Shown in pieces: positions 27,373-40,198 of a DNA stretch of 64,000 bases; the first letter of the stretch is position 1; each line of letters opens with the position of its first letter. The notes below the pieces were generated by a model, which was not told the DNA's origin, did not search any database, and saw only the letters and a program-made list of their open reading frames with translations. Both the position numbers and the translations under genes were made by a program. The DNA comes from Lama glama (taxonomy: Eukaryota). Where the stretch lies: assembly GCA_028534125.1 (NCBI GenBank), contig CM052817.1, positions 97,342,001-97,406,000 of the forward strand, given 5' to 3'.

Positions 27373-28289
27373 AATGCTAGGTCATTCTAAACTGTAACTT
27401 GGATCATGGAAGACAAAGAAAAACCCACCCCCCCCCGAAGGATGAGGCTGAAGTTGTGCAGATTCTAGGGGTGCCAATGAAAGAAGCAACGAGCCTGGTC
27501 GAGAGAAGGCAGGACAAGGAAGCACACTTCATCTTCTGAAATTAAAAACTCCCTCTGTGGCCACATCCTTCAGCTGCTTTGCCGTGCCCCACGTGGGAAG
27601 ACAGGACAGGGTATCACAGTCATGCATACCTCAGTCACAGTCAAACGCAGCGCATCGCAAGGAGCCTGATGCTTTCTCGTACACTTTCTCTCCCTCTATT
27701 TCACACATACAGCGTGCTCTAAAACACGTGTATCTTTCACAGAATTTATTCTAGAGGAACACATTAACATGCTAGTTCTATTCAAAGAATGATTTTACCA
27801 CATTTGTTTAAAATGATTAAAAATAAATTTTATACACCATTTGTTTTATAATTAACATATGACTAGGAATGCTGGGAAGCAATGGGTCAAACAGGGAGAA
27901 TGGGGAAATTTTTGCTTTATCTAAAGTGACACTGCAGGGCAAGCCTGGGTGCGTGGCCCAAATAATTCTGCCATTTAAATTTCTGCCTGGAGTCCAAACT
28001 CTATGAAAAGACCACAAGCAGCAGGAATACAGTTTTCCTGGCTATGCTCAACTGTTAAGATAGTGTAACATTATAAAGACAGTTGATAATAGTCACGGAG
28101 CAAACCAGGCATCACTTGAAAAAAACTCAACTACTGTGAATGGCTTTTAAGTCTGTCTGTCTTCTTGAGTACCTCCATTCGACTGCTCACAGATGTACAG
28201 GCCAGTAAAAATCCGGTTGTACAAAGCCAAAGAAAACAATCTGACTATACGAATCAACTGTTTAGGTTCTACAGGAATAAAAATTCTCT

Positions 28290-28342
28290 TTCATACAACA
28301 TTGTAAAATGACTACAACTCAATAAAAAATGTTGAAAAAAAA
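28290..28342 (+). mobile_element. 53-bp L1 extreme 3' tail with perfect 17-bp TSD
   Basis: TSD aggaataaaaattctct at 28273-28289 and 28343-28359. The insert acaacattgtaaaatgactacaactcaataaaaaatgtt matches the terminus of the 15280 copy. Confidence 0.88.
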
Positions 28343-30782
28343 AGGAATAAAAATTCTCTGTGATTCACTTCTACAAATAATGATATGGACCTTCACCATG
28401 ACCATATATGGTCACGGAAAAAAGGAAAGTTCAATCAAATCTATTATCTTGTGAAATAAAGTAGCCTGAACAGTCATTCTTGGCTCTTCCTACAAATCTG
28501 GATGAGAGAGAGAAGGACCTCCTTCCTGAATAAATCTGAGAGGTGACCACAGGTCATTCACCTAAGATGAGGAAATTCTGCAAGTCAAGTACAAGGATGT
28601 TTTCTCAACGGCGCATACAGCCTTCTCCAGGGATGAGATGGAATACGGGGTTAAAGAAATCTGTGTCCTGCCATGAAAGAATTTTAATAAATTCATCCTC
28701 TTGTTTTACAGGTATCAACCTAAATCCACCAACTGAACACAGTTGCAGCAAAAATCTCGTAACATCATTTCTGCCCATTATCGGTTTACAATCGTGTACA
28801 AAGGGAGTCATAATTCTTTTCTGAATGGGAACGTCGTTAGAGAATCAAGTGCTCCAAACTCTCCTGCCCGCAACCACATTCTTATTCTGCATCTGTATTT
28901 CCTGCTCGCTGGTGGCAGAATGCTAATTTCAACTCATTTAAATGAAAGCCCCACATAATGTAGCACTCTCATTTTATTTAAACAAAACCGAGAGATAAGG
29001 AGCAAGTCAGGGATGGCCCACGAGGCTGCTCGAGCCAGCTTTCCATTATCTAACAGAATTATTAGCTATGCACGGTGACCATTTTTTTCCCTCCTCGAAT
29101 GTTTTTGAATTCCGATCAGAGCTGTTACTACTGTTTCTAACTTCATACCCTCTTTTGCAAGCTTTCACAAGCCCCTTATTAAAGCACTGGGAAGGCTTCC
29201 TATCTGATGCTCTGCCAGGCACTGTCCTTTTGGACACAATGCATTCAGGTTATTAGCGTGATGGACATCATTCAGCAAGCTGTCTTACAATTTCACTGAT
29301 CATCAGCTAGTAAGACTGAATTGCTGCCTTGCCCATGGCTTTTAGATTTATATAATTAACCAAAATTAGCGTGATGTTTAAAACACAATGCCAGCCTACT
29401 CATTTATTTTTGGAAGAACACTTTCGTGAACACAATGAGTGGGCTGATTTGGAATTGCCAACTTAAACTATCAAAGTTTTCCTATAAAATGACTATACTT
29501 TAAAAATTCAGATCCTACTATGGCAAATACCAGTAAAAGAAAACTACATGATAAAACAACCAGGGGCAGTATTATTTGCACTTCAGTTCACTATTCTGGT
29601 CAACTAAGTTCCAGTATCAAATATTTCACAGTTCCTTGGGTGTGTGTTGTCAATATCCTTTATACATAGTAACTCCTGGAAAAGTGTATCATGGATTTGG
29701 TTACACAGCCCCAAAAAAACATAATAGCATGCGCAAAATGACATGTATACACTCTGTCATTCAGAAGTTATTAATGTCGGACAAAAAATTTAAAAGTGCC
29801 AACCGCATGTTAAACACCGTAATATAGAGTGACTGGGATCTTGGGGAGAGCTTGAGTTTTTTCCTAAAACATTTTTGCTTCCTGATATCAAATTTACTGT
29901 CATAACTGACCCCTGAAGACAGATTTAATTACCTACATTTTTCACAAAGGGACTGAAGAACCAAAAACCAAAATGATTTCCATAAAATCAAACAGTCTGT
30001 AAACAGCATGAAGAAAAGCTGAAATTAAAATCCAGTTCACCTGGCTACCTCCTGTCCCCCTAAAGCCAGTCATGGGTATTTGAGAATTTGCTGGACCTTG
30101 GTTTGAATAATTTAAGGCAAATTCACATTTCCCCATAGCTCAAATTCTTTGTTTGGAAGTTGGTAACAATAACACCTACCTCATAAGGATCAAGTAATAC
30201 ATGAGGATCTTATTAATTCTGTGAACAGCATGCAGCATAACTGATATGAAATAGGTACTCTGTAAACACTAGTTCTTTTGTAATTCATTTATAACTATAC
30301 GTATTGAGCCAACATTAATTGAGCATGCTTAAGTGCCAGGCATTGTTCTAGGCACTGCCCACGTGGAGCTGTCATTCTAGCAGGAATAATCAGGAAGAGG
30401 TTGGCTTGTAGCATCAATGCCAACAAGTGGCCCCTCAGTCAACTTGGCTTCATCCCCCATTCAGCACATGGCTCCTGAGTACCAGCCAGCTGCTCGGGAG
30501 CATAGAAAAAGTTGTGAGAGTTGCATTCTGCCCCGCTGCCTTCCTCTTTCTCTCTTGTTCACTCTGTCTGCTCCTTTCTTCTCTTCCTACTCCGTCTTTC
30601 AGTCTCCACCATCCATGATCTAAAATCCTGAGCTTCAAATTGTGCCAAACACAGACGTTCAGTCAGAAGGGTGGCGAGGAGTAGGGATGGGGTGGCCTGG
30701 GGAGACAGGTCTCTCTGTGCTGCCTATAAATCAGAGTGCACGGCTCTATTTTAACTATTTTATGCTTTCTTCTTAACATAGC

Positions 30783-31282
30783 NNNNNNNNNNNNNNNNNN
30801 NNNNNNNNNNNNNNNNNNNNNNNNNNNNNNNNNNNNNNNNNNNNNNNNNNNNNNNNNNNNNNNNNNNNNNNNNNNNNNNNNNNNNNNNNNNNNNNNNNNN
30901 NNNNNNNNNNNNNNNNNNNNNNNNNNNNNNNNNNNNNNNNNNNNNNNNNNNNNNNNNNNNNNNNNNNNNNNNNNNNNNNNNNNNNNNNNNNNNNNNNNNN
31001 NNNNNNNNNNNNNNNNNNNNNNNNNNNNNNNNNNNNNNNNNNNNNNNNNNNNNNNNNNNNNNNNNNNNNNNNNNNNNNNNNNNNNNNNNNNNNNNNNNNN
31101 NNNNNNNNNNNNNNNNNNNNNNNNNNNNNNNNNNNNNNNNNNNNNNNNNNNNNNNNNNNNNNNNNNNNNNNNNNNNNNNNNNNNNNNNNNNNNNNNNNNN
31201 NNNNNNNNNNNNNNNNNNNNNNNNNNNNNNNNNNNNNNNNNNNNNNNNNNNNNNNNNNNNNNNNNNNNNNNNNNNNNNNNNN
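30783..31282. other. Assembly gap (500 N)
   Basis: Run of exactly 500 N, probably a placeholder size. Confidence 0.99.
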
Positions 31283-31578
31283 GGGACCAAGGGGTGAGTA
31301 GCTCTGGTGTTTTCTGAGGCCTCTCTGCTCAGCTTGTAGGTGGCCACCTTCTCTCTGTTGTCATCACATGATCTTTCCTCTGCATCCACATTTGTGTCCA
31401 AATTCCCCCCCTTCCAAAGACATCAGTCATACTGGATTAGAACTCATCCTCATTTGCTTCACTGTAACTGAATTACTTCTTTAAAAACCTTCTCTCTAAA
31501 TATGGTAATATTCTGAGGCACTGAAGATGAGTATTTCCACGTATGAATTTTGGGCAGGACACAATTCAGCCTATAACA
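31283..31578 (-). mobile_element. MaLR LTR (MLT1A-D-like), cut by the gap
   Basis: Ends gaattttgggcaggacacaattcagcctataaca, the reverse complement of the MLT1 start tgttatrggctgaattgtgtcc (same start as the 4513 copy). Confidence 0.85.
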
Positions 31579-31706
31579 GACCCTAAAGCAAAGGACCTCA
31601 CTAAGTTGCTCTTAAATTCCTGATCTCCAGAAAACACACGATAATAAACGTCGTTTCAAGCCATGAAGTTTTGAAGTAATCTGATATGCCACAACAGACA
31701 ACCAAG
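31579..31706 (+). mobile_element. 3' end of an older MLT1 LTR (probably interrupted by the LTR above)
   Basis: attcctgatctccagaaa...ataataaacgtcgtttcaagccatgaagttttgaagtaat...acaacagacaac. Confidence 0.65.
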
Positions 31707-31760
31707 AGTTACCACCACCGACCATCTGGGCCCAGTGAAAAACAACTGCATTAAAACTTT

Positions 31761-32219
31761 TCATTTGAACTTAAACATAACACAAACGTTTATTCCATAT
31801 TTTCCTGGTTTTGAAGGTACATATACTTGAAATGACCCATGTCCTCTGAATGCAAGTAATGGCTTAACTACCGTCATGCATGAGCCTGGAGCATATCGAT
31901 CCGGTAAATACCAGTTCCAGATTTCAAACACGTCTCTAACAGGTTCAAGTTTATCATTCTTGCTGGTACTTCTCGCCCTTACATGGTCAAAATGCAGTAT
32001 TTTGAAAACTCAGAGGTTCACTGACTTCAAGACGGGATGGTCATCTTCTGCGTTCTGACTTTGCAAAATATTTTCATGTTTGGATTTACAATAACCCATC
32101 AGAATGAGCAATACAATGATTTTGATCATCTCTGTATTATTTATTTCCTTTCATTCAATTTGGTATATGAATCTGCCTTCAGGACTTGCCCACTTACAAA
32201 CCGTATCGAGGAAATTAGC
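31761..32219 (-). pseudogene. piggyBac-family (Looper-like) transposase fossil
   Basis: A single minus-strand frame reads ANFLDTVCKWASPEGRFIYQIE*KEINNTEMIKIIVLLILMGYCKSKHENILQSQNAEDDHPVLKSVNL*VFKILHFDHVRARSTSKNDKLEPVRDVFEIWNWYLPDRYAPGSCMTVVKPLLAFRGHGSFQVYVPSKPGKYGINVCVMFKFK*. It matches piggyBac motifs LRFDD, DKLxPIRDVFE, YxPG, TVDEQLxxFRG and YxPxKPxKYGIK. Confidence 0.85.
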
Positions 32220-34373
32220 ATTTTTACTGCAGGATGGTACAAGTTACCACATCAGCTTTTTAGACTGACATATGCTCTTTATTCTATTTGTTAATTAAAA
32301 TGAATGGTCAACATTGTTTAAAGGCCAAGAAAACATGCTCTCTTTGATTTTAGCATTTTATTTCCCCCCTGGCTAATTATAAACTTGTAACTAGATTATG
32401 GCTTAGAATTTTTTTTCCTAACAATTTCAAGAAGGTTTTTACTCATCTAAACTAGTTTGCGACAAGGAAAAAATTATGGATGACATCGAGAATTTAGCCT
32501 TTTGACGTACTATTTTCCAAAAATGTCTCTTTGCTTATGTTTTAGGAGATAAAAATCTGTCTTGGGGATGGCTATGCACATTGTTTTCATATGTATTATT
32601 GTTGTTGATCTCAGCTTTGGGGCTTGAAAAGTATTTCTCTCTTTTCCTGTGACTGTCAATATTTCAGTAGGCCACCGAACATCAGTCAAAGAAATCCAAT
32701 TCTCTTCTACAAGTATTACCTTTTATTCCATTCTCACCTGTGTATTTACATATCGTGAAGCGGCTCTGCCTGCTTTTTCTTATCTGACTTTTAAACTCTA
32801 TGATCAGTGATATTTAGTTACTTTTTCCTTAATTTCTTAAAAATCTTTTCAAAACATTAGTTCACCATTGAGCAGACCCTCAGTAGCACTGCCATGCTCA
32901 GCTTTACGTTGTAGTATTTATTTCTAGGTAATTTCTTTCCTTTATTTGGAGTAGCCTTAATTTTCTTTCTTTTACTTTCCTATGACCTTCCTGGTTTTCT
33001 AAGTCTTTCTTCTTTTGGTCTTTATTACACTCTGTCACCACTATTTCTGGATGCCATTTATAGCATAGAAAGAGTAAACTCCGTGCTTCATGTGCAATCA
33101 GCTGTCATCCTGATATTCTCTGTGAAAAGAAATCTGTTACTCTGGTTCTAGATGCACCTCTCATGGTTTATAAGTGAAATGCTGTCTGGCATATACTAAT
33201 GCCCACTAAGTATCTGTTGCTTTATATAACCATATTTTAAGAAGACAGACATAAAATGCCACGTTAACATTGCTAAAGCCCTCATTATAATACACAACAC
33301 ATTTCTAAAATAGAAAATTCCAGAATTTTAGACATTTTGCTTTCGTGATTTATAAAGTTGGAAAGTAAGGACTCACATATAAAAACAAACTAGTTCCCCC
33401 ACTCCCTGTCCAATCATGGGAGCAGGCCAGAGTGATCCATTCCAGGTTGGCGGCCAGGGTATGAGATTTCCCTTAGACTGTGGTTTGCATGAGGGTGAGG
33501 GATCAGAATAGAGAGAATTTTAACAAGGTCTTTAAAAAAAATAAAAAGCCAAACAGCTGAGTCCTTGTCCAGCTCCCAAGTGTAGCTCTGACAGGTCTCT
33601 GGCTTAGTCAGGGCTACTGCCTGACACTGAGCAATGGAACATAATCCTGCTATGATAGGCGAAAGTCTATAAAAATTAGGATACAACAGATGACGTTTTA
33701 GAACGCATTTTATATACTCTGTGAAACAAGTGATTCAAAGTACACTCACTGCCTTCTAGACACCAGGGCTGTGACAGGTAAGATACAGAGACGATATTCA
33801 GTAATCGCTGTACAGAACACTAAAACATATATTGATTTAGAGCTTTTGAAAGAATGCATGATATAAATCAAGGTTAACGATTACCTTCACGGTTACAAGA
33901 CCTTGAACATCCGAAGTCACGGCAAGCATTTTCCTGTTGTTTATTTAACTCAGAATTGTAATAAGTAAACACTTACACCCTCTTCCAACGAATACAATAT
34001 ATTACGTATAATACACATTATTCACATACAATATGGATAATATCAGAACAGGGGCTGTGGAGAAGACCCAAGTAGATATAAACAGGTATCAGAAAAAGCT
34101 GAGTCAATTTGTAACCGTTTATTTAGAAGATCAAATTCCTCGTGTGGGTATGTGCAAGAACTAACTTTGTTATGGAAATCCTCAGACCAAAATTGGTATC
34201 AGAATTCCCTGGATAGAAGGGTGTCTCATCACACCCAGCTGAGAACATTTTGGAGATCTAGAGAGAGCAACTGCCCAGGAACTCCCAGACACTGACTCTG
34301 CCAGGGATGCTAAGGCTGCGGGTGTTCCCTCCTCCAGTCCATTACTGATCAGAAATGCCCTAATAACAATAAC

Positions 34374-34374
<1 letters not shown>

Positions 34375-34432
<58 letters not shown>
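34375..34432. repeat. Perfect (CA)n microsatellite, about 29 units
   Basis: Seen directly in the sequence. Confidence 0.97.
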
Positions 34433-34434
<2 letters not shown>

Positions 34435-34624
34435 TTCACCTAAAGTGCTGACACTTTAAGTTATTCTCTCATCAGCACAGTCGGTATTGCTCTTTGCCCT
34501 GAGAAATCTGTTCCCCATGAGTGTTTCTATGTTGGTCCTAAACCATTTAGGGTCTGGCCCATACACTCTTTCAAGAGCTGATCTGGTGAAATTACTGGTG
34601 GTTACAAGCCCCAAATGGCTCTCT

Positions 34625-34810
34625 GGGCAAACAGAGCTAAATTCAAACTGCAGTGTCCCACTAGCCACGTGGGATCATGAGTTAAATATGTGCAGCTCCG
34701 AGCCCTGGTTTCCTCACCCGGAAAACGGGGACAATACTCGCGTCACGGTTGTGAGGACTGAGCCAAAGGCCTGGCACAGCACTGGGGACGTAATCAGCAT
34801 TCAGTATTAA
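34625..34810 (+). mobile_element. MIR
   Basis: gagccctggtttcctcacccggaaaacggggacaata...ggttgtgagga...ggcctggcacag. Confidence 0.65.
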
Positions 34811-35340
34811 TTTCCAATTAAGATGCCATAAACTTGGACAAGACCTGCGTGGTAGGTCCAGCCTTTATTTTTAATGAATTCCAGGTGATTTCAGCTCTAT
34901 TACACATACAACTACTTCATTTTTTCCATACACAGACAACCTGTACATAGTTATTTTTGACAGTACCATGTTTAAATGGTCACAAAACAGTCCTTTCTCC
35001 TGTGTTCTGTTGTAATTTAGTGCAAGTACCCCAACTCTGCATAATCTAAATTTTAAGCTAATACTGTGATGCCTGTGCCTTCATCCTGGTTCAAGAATTC
35101 CTTTCAGAGTTCGTCACTGGTAGAAAAATAGGTTGCTTTGTAACACCATTAATCAAATGACAATGAAATCAGCAGTCACATATTATTTAAATACTGACAA
35201 AATATGAAATATTAAAAAATCTTGTTAAATCTATTCATTAAAAAATGAAAACTGTGAAAGAAGACGGGGAAGGATCACTAAATCCTACTTGGTTTTAGAC
35301 ATTCCACAAAATGAAAGTTTCTCTTTGACATAAGATATAT

Positions 35341-35511
35341 CAATATCTCACAGCAACCTATAGTGAAAAAGAATATGAAAACGAATATATGTATGTATAT
35401 GTGTGACTGAACTATTATGCTGTAAGCCAGAAATTGACACAACATTGTAAACTGACTCTACTTCGGCTAAAAAAATTTTAAAAACCCAAAAACCAAAAGA
35501 GCAGTAAAAGA
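35341..35511 (+). mobile_element. L1 3' tail
   Basis: aacctatagtgaaaaagaatatgaaaacgaatatatg...ccagaaattgacacaacattgtaaactgac. Possible TSD aagatatat. Confidence 0.85.
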
Positions 35512-35833
35512 AGATATATTGTAAGATCATCTTTTCTGGAACTCAGTATTTTAAAAATATTGATATATTAAGAAACAACTGTAGAAAAAGTAAGAAAACT
35601 GAATGAATTAACAAGTACCTTTAAGTACAAAAGTAAGCACTGTCCCCTCCAAAATGTCCCAAAGCACAGCCCCGACCCGAACGCTGTCACAGCGGGGCTC
35701 CATCCTCATGCTGATTTCCTGTATGCACCCTCTACTCCAAGGACTAAATGCACAGACCTGTCTGGTATTTTTAGTCTCTGAAGCATTACCCACATCACCC
35801 CCTCCATCCAGCATGCCTCTTCCTGCCATCTTT

Positions 35834-35966
35834 TTTGTCTGGGGGGAGAGGAGGTAATTAGGTTTTTCTATTTACATGTATTTTAATGGAGGTACTGGGG
35901 ATTGAACCCAGGACCTCGTGCATGCTAAGCATGTGCTTTGCCACTGACCTATACCCCTCCCCCCAC
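35834..35966 (-). mobile_element. Vic-1-like SINE (longer form) with TSD
   Basis: ggaggtactggggattgaacccaggacctcgtgcatgctaagc core. TSD cctgccatcttt (35822-35833) / cctgctatcttt (35967-35978). Confidence 0.88.
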
Positions 35967-37002
35967 CCTGCTATCTTTGCTCGTCAGAAATCCCGCTCGT
36001 TTTGTAAGGTCACGCCCAAAGGCCAGCGCCTGCACACTCCAAGATGGATGCGCTCTCTCTTCCTTATACCTTTGTGTTGGCACTACCCTGAACTCGTCTG
36101 ACACATGTCTGCCCTCTTCTATTTGAACCTAAGCTCAACAAGGACATAAACAGTCCTCTCGGCTAACTCACCCTCACTCCACCGCGTTCCCAGGCAAAGG
36201 CATTTGCACGCGGCATCAGGAGATGCATCCTGAAGGGGTTGTAACCCTGGCAACTGATGCTGTCCTGCCTTCCCGTGCCAGCTGCTCATCTCCACGCAAC
36301 TCAGGACCCATGGGCCAGGGCCAGACGGGAGCGAGAAATGCTTCTGAATCAACCCACTTCATCCAGAAACACAGCAAGCACAGAAAACATAGGACAAGTT
36401 TGTTCAAGTTAATACTTTGCTTGAAACATAGGGATCTTTAATATGAGCTGAGACCTGGGGTGGGGTGGGGTGGGGAGGAAAGAATGAAGTTGGGTCACAA
36501 GACAGGACTAGGCAGACCTAGGATGAGCTTAGGAAGGTCACAAAATACCTTACTGGACTCACATCCTCTTTAAATCATTATCACAACAAACATCTACCGT
36601 TTTAAAAGATTATTCTGAAGAACGAAAAAAGTAATATTTTTTACTGTCAACTTACTTATCTGTGCTACAGCATCACTTAAAATGTTACTGCATTTCTGGG
36701 AATTGACCCAAAAAAGCAGTACTCCTTAAGATCTATAAAAGAACCGAGATTGGAAAAAAACAAAAACAAGTAATATTTTATTTTGTCCCATTATATTCAA
36801 TAGTAAAAGAGAACACTGTCTAATTAGGATCTTTTATTTGTTTTCTTTCTTCACACCAAGACATTATACCTTTCAGAATCACACAATCATTGAAACTAAA
36901 TGACTTCGTTTTTAAGAAAACTGGATTGTTTTTTAATAATTCATTGTCTTTATGACTTCAATCTGCTCAGTAATGATCCGACCAATTAAAACAGCATGTG
37001 TG

Positions 37003-37152
37003 CCTATATATGAAATAGATAAGCAACAAGGATATATTACATAGCACAAGGAATTATACCCATTATCTTATAATAACTTTTAATGGAGTATAATCTGTAA
37101 AAATACTGAATCACAATGCTATACACTTGAGTCAACTATACTTCAGAAAAAA
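37003..37152 (+). mobile_element. L1 3' tail (older subfamily)
   Basis: aaatagataagcaacaaggatatattacatagcacaagg...ctgaatcacaatgctatacac. Confidence 0.8.
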
Positions 37153-38319
37153 GGATTCCAAAAGCCCTTCATCCACTTTCCCTCAGTTGTAACATTCTGC
37201 AAAACTCTAGGACAGTATCACAGCCAGAACGTCAATACAATATAGATACAACCAAACCCCGAATCCCCAGTACTGCGAAGTTACAGTTTATGTATACTGG
37301 ATGTAATGCTTAGGGTGTTTGGAATAACAACAACCTGTAAAAAACATTCATTCTACTGGTCAGTTGTTTCTTTGCATAAAATGAAATAGGCAGCTGATTC
37401 AGATCTCTGTTTATGCTGTTAGAAACTTGTTATATGTTCCATTTACAACTTTCAGGGCTCCTCTGAAAATCGCCAACATGAAGAAGAGGCTATGGTTTGG
37501 AGGAAATTTAGGACAATCTTCATCTAAAACTGTGCACCTAAGAGCTCTTCTCTGAGCAAAACAGCACTTTGTGGTCTACGTGGGTACATCTGCCTCGGAG
37601 CGGGGAAAAAGCTGGGGCTTGCAAGCCGCAAACTCGATTTGGGGATGTGAAATTAAAGACGGGTTACAACTATTAAAACAGGTGAACGTTCTCTCCGGAA
37701 TATGGATATTTTATAAAAATTCATAGAAGTTATAGATTCCGTCTGTGTGCTGGCTATTCCAGCTTCTGTCATTTTAGAAGCCAAGTAAGCGGCTGCTCCC
37801 AGAGTTCTCAGAGAAGAAAGACTTGTGGGGGCTACAGTGCCATGGAAGGGATGCTGAGAGCAGATTAATGAAGGGACAAAAGTTGATTCTATTTTAAAAT
37901 GAAATAAGTCCATGAGAGCCATCTGGCCACCGACATGCCCCACACCACTGCCTTGTCGTTTTCACAGCGCTTTACAGTTTAGGACGTGTTTGCACAAACA
38001 GTTATTCTGCTGCTGCCAACCGTCCTAGGCAGTCTTACCAACATTTTCCCCCAAAAGGGGACATAAATCAAGTTAACTGCCCAAAGAAGCAAGAGGTAGA
38101 ATAGAGACTTAGACATAGAGGCTTTTTCTGGATTGAATTAGAATTCTCTTCCTCCTGCCACACACTTCTTACATTACTCTTGGTGACATGTTGGGACTTA
38201 GGGAAGGACGATGACTTCTTTGGTTGATTTTGAAGACAGACACCTGGGGCATTTTAGCTTGGGGGTACAAGATGCCACAGGTGTCAGGAAGCCTAGATCA
38301 CAAGGAAAATTGTGGGAAT

Positions 38320-38620
38320 CATGGGGTGGGGGGAGCCTCATTCATTCAACAGAAGACTGACCTCCCTTGAGCAGGAGGGAACTTCATCTGCCGCTAGACT
38401 TAAACTGTGACCTCGGCTCCGCCTGACAGCCGGTGGACGTGAATTACAACATCGCCCCCTCCCTGGGTCTCTGGCCTGATGCTCACCTTGTAGGTTTTGA
38501 ACCTGACAGTCTCCATAATTATACAAGCCAGTTCCTTAAAATTAATCACTCTCTCTATAAACACACACACACACACACACACATTCTATCAGCTCTGTTT
38601 CTCTGGAGAACCCTAATACA
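38320..38620 (+). mobile_element. ERVL LTR (MLT2-like) 3' part with internal (CA)n
   Basis: ccataattatacaagccagttccttaaaattaatc...tctgtttctctggagaaccctaataca is the typical MLT2 end. Confidence 0.75.
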
Positions 38621-38649
38621 TATAGCTTTTTCTTTCTGCCGAAATGTGA

Positions 38650-38880
38650 AAACACATGTAAACATCATAAAATCTTCCCTCATATACATTAATCTGTATC
38701 TTCTAAGATTAAGAATATACCCCTACATAAACATAATTCCATTATCACACCTAAAAGTACTGGCATGAATTCAACAGTATATAACATATAGTCAATATTA
38801 AAATCGCCCCACCTGTCCCAAAAGCGTCTTTTACACTTTGTTCTGATAGGGATCCAATCAAGGACTATTTGTTGCATTCT
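38650..38880 (-). mobile_element. Old L1M 3' UTR fragment
   Basis: ccattatcacacctaaaa...agggatccaatcaagg...gttgcatt. Confidence 0.55.
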
Positions 38881-40107
38881 GAAAAATCCATTTTTTTTTT
38901 TAAAGAAACAGACTTTTTACTGGGGTCCACATTCTAGTGACCTAGGATAAGCTGTTTCTGAAAGAATTCTACACAGGTGATGCTGGGTATTCAGTACTGT
39001 CTAATATCAGATCATCCATCTCTGATGATACGCATTAGCAATTTTAAACCACAAACTCAGTACGAAGGATATATCCCTTCTAGTCCAGATTCTGTTAGAA
39101 TTATTCACCAAATACTTTTAAGGAGCTGGCATTTCAATCTACAACATACAGAAACGATGGGCCATGATCCCACATTTCAGATCTGCAGGCTTTTAAAGTA
39201 AAAACTTGCAAATAATGAAATAGGTTTTAATGAAGTAAAACAGCAAGATACTTCACCTCAAAGGATTTATTTATACAAACAACTGCTGGGGAAGAACCAG
39301 GAATGATGTCAGTCCGTCACCCTCCTACTCATTCTACAAAGACCAGATCCTGGTTAGTTCCCTTTAGTTTTCTGTACATTTCTTGCTTCGCTTTTGTTTT
39401 TTGTTGTTTGGAATTTTTTTAAAAAGCTAAAGAACAAGTTTATATATCAAATCCCTGGGAAAACAAAATTCCGATATGAAGCCCACTGAAAGAGAATTCT
39501 CTGAGGTCTTCAGGGGAAACTAAAACCCAACCATTTCTTTCTTAGGACTTTAATGGGTTATTTGTCTGTTATTTGCTTTTTAAAAATAACTTGACTTCTT
39601 TACAGTATGAAGCAAGTAAAATGAATGTCTATACTTCATCTTCCTTTCTGCTAATGCTTGAAAATCCAGAAGAAATACAGGAAAAATACTTATCAAAGTA
39701 GAAAACGGAGTGACTATTAAATGAAAACCTCTGGGACATAAGCTTCTTGACTTGGGTGAACTGAAGAAAATATGATTTTCCTTTAAGATGTGCACCAAGG
39801 ATCCGCTGACCCAGGTGTATTTTGTCATCACTTTCTACACAGCATCTCCACATGGGTTTCACTTATAAAAATGTAAATATGAGTTTGAAAATCAAGTGCC
39901 AACATGGATTCTGAATCAGTGGTGGTCTTTGTGTCTGTCTTTCCCTCTTTTGTTGGAGGCTGTACAGCAGTGAAAGCCATACCCAGAGTTTCTGTCCCAG
40001 GACCCTCTCTCCTGACTCACTTCTAACCTGTTACAGGACGTTTGATAAAATATTTGCACATGCAGTCCTAGAGGGAGTGTGTTTATTTTAATATTGAAAG
40101 ACATCCC

Positions 40108-40163
40108 TATAAAGATGATGTGTGTGTGTATAAAAATGCATATATATATATATATATATATAT

Positions 40164-40198
<35 letters not shown>

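Noticed and set aside
30736..31401. 193-aa and 213-aa ORFs, the longest in the track
   Set aside because: Artefacts of translating through the 500-N gap.
38832..38844. Possible autoregulatory MR/GR response element (TTTACActtTGTTCT)
   Set aside because: Imperfect left half-site inside an old L1 fragment. A manual, non-exhaustive scan of AGAACA/TGTTCT sites found no full 3-bp-spaced palindrome.
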